Shown here piece by piece: positions 48,873 to 59,100 of a stretch of 64,000 nucleotides of DNA (position 1 is its first letter; the number at the start of each line of letters is the position of its first letter). The translations under genes and the position numbers were made by a program. The DNA is taken from assembly GCA_002633005.1 (NCBI GenBank), contig NMRA01000183.1, positions 438,280-502,279 on the forward strand, in the 5' to 3' direction. Source of the DNA: Phoronis australis. Lineage: Eukaryota > Animalia > Phoronida. The notes beneath the pieces were generated by a model. That model was not told the DNA's origin. It ran no database searches and saw only the letters and a program-made list of their open reading frames with translations.

Positions 48873-51800
48873 NNNNNNNNNNNNNNNNNNNNNNNNNNNN
48901 NNNNNNNNNNNNNNNNNNNNNNNNNNNNNNNNNNNNNNNNNNNNNNNNNNNNNNNNNNNNNNNNNNNNNNNNNNNNNNNNNNNNNNNNNNNNNNNNNNNN
49001 NNNNNGTGTGTGTGTGTGTGTGTGTGTATACTGCATAACGTTATATATATCAAAGATATTTAGCAGACAGAAGTAAGTGGTTATTTAGCAAACTAAATTA
49101 CATGGGCCATGTGATCACATACCAACACAACGGACACCATTTCCGATGAATCCGTCGCGACAAACGCATCTGTAGCTTCCCAAAACGTTGATGCACTGGG
49201 CGTTAGGAGAACACCGGTCAAGTCCATTCATGCATTCGTCAATATCTGAAAAGGAAGACCTCCATTGTGTGAGCCAATGCTTAAAAACTGGACGCTCTAT
49301 AACAAACGTTTGTGAAGCATATCTTTCGAAAATGCCCGTACGCGTGAAAAACGTCTTTATGCTGAATATGCAAGTAGAAATCAACAAATTGATGTTTTGG
49401 TTACTATTTGAGGTGAACTCAAAAGCGCTTGACTGCTATTTTCATCAAAGTTCAAGCTCAAAACGGTGCACACAATGACCGGATACTGGAGTTGGATCCT
49501 CATGGACAAATATCTCATCATTTTCTATATAGAGGGGACACAAACAATGGAAGTGTGTAGTTAATCGCAGTGGCGGATTTAAGGGGGCCCCCTAAAATTC
49601 TCCCATATTCCATTTGGCAGTTATGGGATGCAAATGCCTGAAGGGTCAAATCCTGGCAAAAAACTCTGCCCTGGCCCCCACTCAAAATCCTGAATCCGCC
49701 CTGAATCACTATAAATAATGTACAATTCAAACCTTCGCAGTCTTGACCACTTCGTGTGTAACCACGTTTACAGACGCACTTATAACTGCCAGGAAGATTG
49801 AAACAGACGGTGTTGACATGGCAACGGGTAGGCACAGAACATTCGTTTACGTCTGAAATCATAAAAGAGTTGCTTTACAGTGATTAACATACAATTTTTA
49901 ACAACTTACCTAATACTATCACGATAACTGTCACCGCTGCCACATCACCATCGACTGAGTAGCGTTGTCGTTGTCTGCTACGGCGGCGACAATACGCCGT
50001 CCGAGTCGCCAATGCCATTTAAAACGTGCGCTTTGCCAGTAGTGTTTAAGTGTCAACACCAAAGCCCTTGCTGTCCGTTGTTGTATCCCATCATTTCGTG
50101 TTATTTACTGCCGCCATTTTGTCAGACATAGAGCACACATTTAGCTAGTAAAGTGTGGATTTCTAGCTCCCCCATATTAACCAACACCATTTGAGTTTAA
50201 ACACCACAATAAGTAGCAGCACACATTAGAGTACGTGCCATTTGCATGGTAACTAGTTGACTGTTCAAGTAAGTGTTGGAAAAAGAGGAAGTTAAATTGT
50301 GGAGCGGACTGGGTCTATTGATCGTCCTTGATTACAATGAGGCATGTGAGCAGAAAGTGGACAATGAAATCTGACTTGAAGCCAACGGGAATTGGCTAAT
50401 TTTGCTTGACGAGGGAATGGTGGCGACAAAGGAAAAGCGGGATTAGTACATGTAAGAGGTTCAACGGCAGTTTCGTCCTTACGCAGTACACAATGCAAAG
50501 ACATCAGAATTGCCCATAAGTGTTATCAACGGATACGATACAGTAGCAGATTTGGGGGGGGGAGGCCAAGGGGGCTTAACATTCGCCAAGATACCCTTTG
50601 GGAGTTCGGGGTACAAATTGCTGACTAGCATATGCTCGGGGGCGAATGCACAATGCATAGGCCTTGAACAAACCCCGTTTACCGCTTTTTCAGTAATAAT
50701 GTGCGCAAACCCAAAATTGGAGATCCCTGCATCCCTACATTTTAGGCTGGGCGCGCGCATGTGCCGAAATTCTGGTTATTCCTGTGCCCTGGCCACCCCC
50801 CCCCCCAACTCAAAATCCTGGATTCGCCCCTGCGGTATATTTCTTGAACCATATGGGTTCCTCCCCGTTGCCACTCCCTTCCACAATGGGGCGCGTGTCA
50901 CATTTGTTATTAGTTGTGTATCACTTGTCTGCAGTGTTTGGTGCCGGCAGTAACTGGAACACAAGTTAAAGAACCCCAAATCTGGCTTTAACGCCACTCG
51001 ACTCATGTACAGCGAGCGAGTAATGGACGTGGATTGCGTGACAGATAATAGCACGATAGAAGATAATGCTTCTGAGTAGTGAGAAAGCAAAGAAAATGCA
51101 TCCCATGCAAAAACGTTGGGAATATTATACCGCCCTCCTCATTATCAACATGTACTGGCATTCAGAACGCTGGTAATAGCTTACGGGACCACCACTGCAT
51201 CACCGTCATTGACAGTCGTCATGACTACCTAGAATTACTACCATTACCATGATCATCAGTGCGCCTAAGTACATGTTTATTCCAATATCAGCATGACTGC
51301 AGTAATGTTCCTTAGAAGACAAAAGGAACCGCATAAATAACTTCTTACCAACACAACTACGTCCATTGCCCTGAAATCCCGGTTTGCAGTCACAGACATA
51401 GCCATCACCTTTGAGGTAGCAGAAGGCGTTCGCGTGACAGTCGTGTGTCTTGTCAGCATCACATTTGTCAGCATCTGTCACAAATACTATGGTACATATC
51501 AGATCATCATTTCCACTACATAACTGTAGGCATTTTACCTAAACAGGCAATAGTAACTTACAGGGTCCAGGTTTCTTATCAAATCTCCTTGGTGTCTCAA
51601 AAGTTCGGATACGTTGCCTCTTGCAAATTCCCTAGTACCCAGTCTACACATACAGAAATACGCCTTAAAATTCCAATTACAAGTTGTCGTTTATCGTCTA
51701 TCGGTATAGCTTACCTACCTAGCAAACAATTGTTGTTTGGTTGTAGCACGTAGCCTGCAACACAGCTGCATTTGTAACTCCCGATAATGTTGGTACATAT

Positions 51801-54800
51801 TCCTCTATTGGTGTCGCAACTATTGAGATTAGGGTCTCTGCACTCGTCAATATCTGGAACGAATATACCAAATACCGAAACTACTTAACTCCAGAGGACA
51901 TTGACAATTGATTTGGAGATCTAAAGCTTGTACTGATTCCAGTCATCGAAAAGGCGCAAATATCTCGTTTCAGACCAATCTAACGAGTGCATACATAACA
52001 AACTCAAGCTTATCATAATACGTGTAGGCTATGTGAATAGAATAGAGTATTTTTACGTGTGGTCGTAGGCCGATTCAGCGACCGGCAGTGGCTCTGCGCA
52101 CAACGACTCCGTTTCCGTCGTCTGCTTCACTGTGCAATGAAGAAAATTATTTCATTTTTTAAAGAAAATGGAATCTTAGTGACGATGAAAAAACAGAAGT
52201 TGCTGGTAAGATGTGAACTTTAATCGAAGCCATAGTGAATCACTCTCTCTATGTCAAACCTTAACTTTAGACGATTTCCAAAGCAATCACGTCACTGATG
52301 CCAACACAAAAAACGGATTTGGTCTTTTGGGCAATTGAAGACTATTTTAAATACAACAAATTTGTTACGAATTGATTGCACAAAAAAGTGTAATAAGCAT
52401 TGCAAAAAGAAGTTTCGCGCGCAAGTTACGAGTGAAATTGTAGTGGTGCTGTGGTAATTACAAGCACTCTCGATCAATCAGTCAGGTCGTGAGTTCGAGT
52501 CTGTCTGACACGTTCTCCGTGCTTTTTTTCTTTTTCTTTGCCTTTTTTCTTGGATAATACTTCAGGAATCAAGGAAAATGCTTGATTTTTAGAGGGAAAA
52601 ACGGAAAAATTTCCTGGGCGGCAGGGGGTGAACCCCCTTCCCGACCTCCCCCCATTCGGTGCTATGCGCATCTAATCGTACTTTGCATAAATGTTTTCGG
52701 ACAAACTGTTGGGCTCCCCTTGTGATATCCTAGATCCGCCACTGGTAGCTAGTCTTCTTCACACACCAACCGTAAGGTCATTCGCACTCTTATTTTCTTG
52801 GCTCACATACATATTGACTCAGCTGGATCATGCGCGCACACAGCCGAAAAATGGAGGGCTCGAATTTTTGAGAATGTGGACCTTTACCAAAAACGGAGTA
52901 CGTTCTGAGTTATGAATTGTGCATTCGCCAAATTTGTATAGTTCCTGCCTTTTTAGTGCAATTTTTTCTCGTTTTCTACTTTTTGTTTCTTTGAGGTGGA
53001 CCTTTTCACCCACTTCGCCAAATGGGGGGGAGCGTTCGAGCCCTCCGGGTGCGCGCATGTGGATAGCGCTAAAACTCGATTAATGAAGATGTGAGTACAA
53101 CGAATCAGGAAGGGGATTATAGCAAGACACATATTCAAACAACGTTGTATGCTACCATAGGTCCTTTGAGTATGTTAACTGTACCTCTACAAAAAATCTT
53201 CCCATCGCCGATGTACCCATCTAGGCATTTGCATCGGTAACCTCCGGCCGTATTAAGACACGAGGCTTTGTCGTGGCAGTTGGCAGTTCCAAGTGCACAC
53301 TCATCAACATCTAGATTGTGAAGAATGGATGTAAATCGAAGGAAACAAATTCTCCATTAATACCTTTTTTGGAAATCAAACATTACAAACGAAGTTTGCG
53401 TTTTCCCTTTAATACCTCGCAAATATATACACAAATATACGCCATGAAAAGGCCAAATTGTAGTACTGATACCAAATATCGTTTTTCAACTAATATGAAT
53501 GGAGAGGGGTGCGAAAGGCATACATGTACTTAGAGGCGGTATGGAGAGAGGGAAGGAGACCGTGAAAGAATTCTTAAAATACTGACAATGGTTATAACAG
53601 TGTACGTGCATAGAACAAAATTGTCTCTATTGACATGTCCTAAAGAACACCATTTTATCAAAGGTTCTGCGCCCAAGCCGATATGGTGGTATATTGAATG
53701 TTGCTAGTCAAACAGTTCATGGCAGGGGTCTGTGAAGGGACGTTGAGAGTGAATATGAACAACGATCTCATTTTTGTCTGTGGCAATGTTTCTGTCGTAC
53801 AAAAACATCGTCGCACGTTCGCGATCTCTAGCCGACGACTGAGCTACGATATTTGTTGTACAGCGCCCAGGCACAGCTATACTAACCTTTTCCACAAGTA
53901 TTATTCGGTTTGAGTACGTATCCACTGTTACAGACACATTTATAGCTTCCAATTGTATTAATGCACTGCCCGTTGTGTCTGTCACATGTGTTCAGTGTGG
54001 GGTCCTGGCATTCATCGACGTCTGAAATGGCAGAAACATATATTTTTTGCCGGCACTAATAATTTAATTCTCGTTACTTTGCATCATTCTTACTGGTTAA
54101 AGCTAACAGATGTGACGCGACTGAATATACACGAAATAAAATGGGGTACAATCTTCACATTAGGCATGTAAATGTTTAATAGCTAGTTTTTTGTTAAAAC
54201 AGAAAAATAACAATTAAGGCAAAATTTCTTTCAGATCAGCGACATTCGATATTGACAGTCAAACTTCACAAAGACGAAAACGTAGGATAAAAAATTATAA
54301 AATCCCGTTTCTTACCTTTACAGAACCTGATTCCATCTCCAACATATCCTTTTGGACAAACACACTGAAAGCTTCCAACAGTATTAATGCATCTGGCGCT
54401 TGCATGACAGTTGTCTAAGTGAAACTCGCATTCCGGGATGTCTGAAAGTTTTATCTTGTCACTGAATCGTCCTTGCATGAAAAATACCTAGTTAACATCA
54501 TGTGTAAAGCAAAACAAAGTAATTGCATATCCTACGTAATGGATTTACCTTTTAAATGCATGAGTATTCATTCATCCGGAAGAAAAGATTCACGATGTTC
54601 ATTAATTAGAACAACTTTATCTTTATTTTTGTTGCTGTCTTAGTAATGATATAACATTGAATAATTTCGCCTGTTTTTACCTATTTTCGGAAATGAATTA
54701 TGGAGACTTTGCAGTGACAAAATACAAGGTATACAAAAAAGAATTACTACCGTGACAGTTATTATATCCGTCTCCTACAAACCCGTCCTGGCAAAAGCAT

Positions 54801-54873
54801 CGGTATCTTCCGGTCATGTTGAGGCAGATGGCGTAAGTGTGGCACTGGTTTTTTCCTAAACAATGACGTAGAT
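47477..54873 (-). CDS. Multi-exon gene B: 9 EGF/Ca-binding EGF domains plus a C-terminal chitin-binding type-2 (CBM14/peritrophin-A)-like domain; about 425 aa visible, 5' end not found
   Basis: 10 exons joined by phase-1 introns; D-[IV]-[DN]-E-C and C-x-N-x-x-G-x-[YF]-x-C cbEGF consensus; terminal exon with TAA and a downstream AATAAA. Confidence 0.92.
48208..48303 (-). CDS. Gene B exon 9, truncated (4-Cys) cbEGF
   Basis: [32 protein letters not shown]; tttcAG / GTAAGA; 96 nt. Confidence 0.9.
48831..49027. repeat. (GT)n microsatellite spanning an assembly gap (N 48873-49005)
   Basis: Direct read. Confidence 0.95.
49123..49245 (-). CDS. Gene B exon 8, cbEGF
   Basis: [41 protein letters not shown]; 123 nt. 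Confidence 0.93.
49568..49703 (+). mobile_element. MITE-like element, same family, copy 2 (deleted)
   Basis: cagtggcggatt...aatccgccctg; flanks aatcg/aatca. Confidence 0.75.
49733..49852 (-). CDS. Gene B exon 7, cbEGF
   Basis: [40 protein letters not shown]; 120 nt. Confidence 0.92.
50541..50832 (+). mobile_element. MITE-like element, same family, copy 3
   Basis: cagtagcagatt...gattcgcccctg; flanks cgata/cggta. Confidence 0.75.
51349..51474 (-). CDS. Gene B exon 6, EGF-like (non-Ca-binding consensus)
   Basis: [42 protein letters not shown]; 126 nt. Confidence 0.9.
51719..51853 (-). CDS. Gene B exon 5, cbEGF
   Basis: [45 protein letters not shown]; 135 nt. Confidence 0.9.
   Translation of the reverse strand: MLTSAETLISIVATPIEEYVPTLSGVTNAAVLQATCYNQTTIVC
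52078..52744 (-). mobile_element. About 0.7-kb non-autonomous element, copy 1
   Basis: The reverse complement aligns along its length with 63168-63901; begins CAGTGGCGGATCTAGGATATCACAAGGGG. Confidence 0.85.
53185..53310 (-). CDS. Gene B exon 4, cbEGF
   Basis: [42 protein letters not shown]; 126 nt. Confidence 0.92.
53887..54021 (-). CDS. Gene B exon 3, cbEGF
   Basis: [45 protein letters not shown]; 135 nt. Confidence 0.92.
54316..54441 (-). CDS. Gene B exon 2, cbEGF
   Basis: [42 protein letters not shown]; 126 nt. Confidence 0.92.
54751..54873 (-). CDS. Gene B exon 1 (5'-most recognised), EGF-like
   Basis: [41 protein letters not shown]; ccacAG / GTAGTA; 123 nt. Confidence 0.9.
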
Positions 54874-56188
54874 CTGTGGAACAACAATCATAGGTTTTAT
54901 TTCACGTTTATGTCGCTCTTGGATGAATTCACCTGACTTAATCGCAACTGCATCGACTCCATTCTTGTAGAGAACCGTGGTAATTATACTGGTTCCTTAC
55001 TTCTCATCACTTGAGAAAGCAAATTGACTTTGATTAGTTAAAACGATTTGCTGAAATAACAGCATTTCGCAAATTGCACACATTTATGTCTTGTCAATAA
55101 AAATTGGTGTTCGAAACCCCTGAACGTCAGCGTATATTTAGTTAAAAATAATACTAAGCCCTGTTTTGGTGTTCAACCAATCATTGTTCTCTCTTCTGCT
55201 AATGACACGGCTTGAATGACGTCTGGATTCTACTAAAACACAAACTCTCTGTGCCATCATACAATGAATTTCATGGTTCTTGGTAGACGGCTTTTCCCTG
55301 CCGTTGGCATGTACATGTAAGTCGCATACAGTGTACGTCAGAACTGCCTGTCTAACAGACTTGTAAGAAGTTTTCAAGTTTTCTTCCAAACTTTTGAGGG
55401 ATGGCGAGGACTACATGTACATACACATGTAGGCTTATTTTGTTTTAGATAATCGGATATGAACGCCGTTGTTAATACCTGTTCATAAGTCAAAACAGGG
55501 TTTGGTATCAATTTAAGCATCAAAAAGTAAAAAAAAAAAATAACATTACATTTCTTTATATTTAGTGGCCGATTTTGAGACGGCCAAATTGGACAAGGCC
55601 CTGTGGTCACAGTTGAGATTTGAAGTCAACGTTCCAATAGTCAATGAGTTGTCTGAACAATCAAACCCCGCGTTCCAGTCTTTCATCAACAAGGTATTGA
55701 TATGTTCAAGTTAGTACAGTGCGACGTTGTATGCGAAGAATCAAGAGGCATATCTTCAAACACACCACCTCGATTGGCGTATCGACCCAGACCAATAGAG
55801 GTACATTTTGTATTTAACCCATGCGCTTCGAATTCCTAAGTTTCTTACATTTTTCGGCGGATTTTTCAAATACTTCACCCAGACTGTTCACATGGCGGAT
55901 CACATCCTATATGTATGCACTTGTGCGTTAGGTTGCAAGTTTTCTCTTGAAAAAGAAACAGTTTTAAAAGTAACGTTTTACTTCTTGAAAAGAGGTAGCA
56001 AAGATGAAAACAGCGGCAACTGAGCAGTGAACTTGTAACATCTCCTGGAAATAATTAAAAAAACAACAATTTTTGATATTTTAATTTGCTAGGATTCGGC
56101 ACCTGAGTTGCAGACGATATAGTATTCAGCAACTGAAAACAGAGAAAGTGTCTTATAATTAACAGTTTCGCTCCAGATTTTACGTTTA

Positions 56189-59100
56189 TAGTCCCGTCAT
56201 TCTACGGATAACCCGGAAAAATTGCAACAGAAGGTTTTATTGCATAAATCGTATCCTTTCACACCCCTTATTGGGAAAAACTGAAAAAAAGTCTACCGGA
56301 ATCGGAGTGGCGGAAGTTGGTTTTTCAAGATGGCGGACAAAATGGCCGCCAGATTTTCTGATACGCACTATAACTCAAGAGTGGAATGTGATAGAATAAA
56401 AATTCAAAAAGGTTTACCTATGTTTTGTGGGTCAAAAATCCATTGAAAATGGTTTTACATGGGTGTGGTGACACCGTCCGCCATTTTCCAAGATGGCCGC
56501 CAAATCTACTTGAGTCGCACAACTTCACACGAACAGATTAGTGTGTCGTCTTGCTTCAAACATCGCATCATAGGTTTTCTAGGTCGACTAATCTATTGAG
56601 ACTCATTGCATTTGGCAGTAATGATTACTTCCACCATTTCCAAGATGGCGGAAAAAATGGCCGCCAGATTTGCAGATGATCATTATAACTCGAGAGTGGA
56701 ATGTGGTAGAGTAAAAATTCAAAAATGTTTACCTATCTTTTTTGGGTCAACAAATCCATTGGAAAAGTTTTGCGTGGCCGTGGTGACACCATCAGCCATT
56801 TTCCAAGATGGCCTTCAAAACTATTTCGAATCCCACAACTTCGCACAAACAGATTAGTGTATCGTCTTGCTTCAAGTAGCATATGTTTTCTGGGTCGACT
56901 AATCCATTTAGACTCATTGCGTTTGGCTCTAATGATTACTTCCACCATTTTCTAAGATGGCCACCAAATAGTTGCTTCGTGTAAGAACTTCCGATTCCAG
57001 AGACACGCCATATCCTGAGTTTTTTAAGTCAGCACAACCATTACAATATTTTTTTGTCTGGCTCTTGATGATTACGACTACCATTTTCAAAATGGTTTAA
57101 CGAATAACTTATTTGGGTAAAAAAACATCAGGTTTGCCTGAACTGAAGGATCATTCTCCTCTGAAAAAATGTGCTGTATTGACAATAACTCTGCAATTAA
57201 CTCAGTGATCTACTATCCACACTGTCTGTGTCACTTCCAGTTAGTTGTAAATGCTAGTGAATCTATACACAATCAACCAGTATTTACACAACTAATCTCT
57301 GTCAACTCAGAATGAATTGCTGCAGCTAAAACCACGGCATTCTCCACATGCAACCGAGTACGACTATCCTAACTTCTTGCAAGTACATCTCTTGGAACTG
57401 CAGTTGGTCTTACACGAGCATCTCACTACTTTCAGCAGGTTTTCTGGTGCTGCTGAATGGTCCGTCGTCGTGGGAATGAATTTTCCAAATGCCAGCACCC
57501 ATCCCCAATACAGCGAGTCTAGGCCACTGCCACGGAAACTTGACCGCTTTGATAATATGTCCCGGCAGCATGGAATTTAGCTACTGAAGAAAGGTGGTGA
57601 TAATGACTGTATTTGGGCTGTGTCTAGTCCGACACCTCATCCACAAATTGCCTGTATCGCAAATCATCCAAATTTCCAGAGCCAGTACCGCCATGAAGCA
57701 CAGATACAACTCTTGCCAGGTTCAAATATGTCTTGATTCAGCTGCATGTGTCTAGTAAATACTCTTAGAGTTTTTGCAGAATTCTCGATCACGCAGTTTC
57801 TTGATTGGGAGAGCCTTTGCTAATACCGAACAGCTATAATGTTGTGTTGCAACCACCTATTGCGTGCACAAATGACAAAACTGCGCAAGTTTCGGCACCA
57901 AGAGACAACACCTCTTGCTTTGGTGTCTCTTGTCAAATTTCATGTTCATGAAATTTGTTGTGAAGTAGCATGGTAACGCAAAAGAACCAACAAGTCTGTA
58001 TCGTCTGCAATAAGGGTAGTTGGACCTTGAACTGTGTTCTCTAATGCTGTTTCTATTAAAACACCTGCGTCACCTTGAGCTTGTACCACTGTGCAACCAG
58101 CATTTCTTAGCAAACTTGACAAGAAGTGAGTGAATCGTTTGTTTTTGCTTTTTGCAAAAAATGTTCCTTTTTTACTTGATCAGTTCCAACCACCCCACCC
58201 AGTCTTCGAACATGAAAGACATCTTTAGTTGATGGTCCATCTCAGTAACCATCAAAAACAACAATAGGCTGGGTACACTTGCTGATGTAATCCACATAAC
58301 CTCTACCAAATGACTGATACGTTGCGCATCTAGGCCATGGAATACGGTGAAGGAGAGAACCGCCGTCGATTACATGCATCACCGTGTTTTCTGGAAATTG
58401 AAATCCTCAGGTAGTCCTCCACTGGACCAGAGTACATCAGCTCATATTGATTTATTAGCGACTCTGGGAAGACCAAATGTATCAAAACGAACATGGGAAC
58501 CAACACACAGCTCAAACTTCAAAAGGCTTGATGAACTTTCACTGTTGTCTTTTGCAGCGGTCAGGATTCGCTGAAATAGCAGTCGTGGATCCGCTTGAGT
58601 GAAATTACTATTAGCAGCATGAATTCAACAATGCTGCGGATGTCTTTGTCGTCACGCGACTGTCTTGCCTGGGTACATTCTTTATGCTGCTGACTTGTTT
58701 CACAACTTAAGTTTGTCACAGTCTGCATGGCACCATTTATACTTGAGCATGCCGGCAAGGAAAGCAGCCACAGTGCACTCTGTGTATCTCCCATTTCGAA
58801 ACCTCAAGTTAAACCTCTTGTTGTTTAATGCTTTTCATGAGCATTTGTTCAATTACAAGGTCTTATCTCATTATGACAAGCCTGCCCAGAATCTGTCACT
58901 TTGTCTTATGGTTTGTTGGCCGTAGACGTCTGGACGGGTGTCTTTGAGTTGCTACGTCTGCTTCAGTCAAGTATATGTATGAAGATTTTGCATAAGAGTT
59001 GTGACCAGCAGCGGCAAAGTAAGGCAGCATTTCAAAAACTACTTTTAGGTGAAGCTCCCAATCTGACGTTATTTCTGCTTTTAAAAAAGTCGAAGGATGT

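Noticed and set aside
48727-49076. HT/CV-repeat ORFs
   Set aside because: (GT)n microsatellite plus assembly gap.
47477-54873. Naming gene B fibrillin, fibulin or nidogen
   Set aside because: No TB, fibulin-C, NIDO or G2 domains are seen; the terminal CBM14-like exon does not fit those genes.
55975-56045. Possible signal-peptide exon of gene B (MLQVHCSVAAVFIFATSFQE)
   Set aside because: Good acceptor, but the only phase-1 donor (GTTACT) is poor and the hydrophobic core is short; not supportable.
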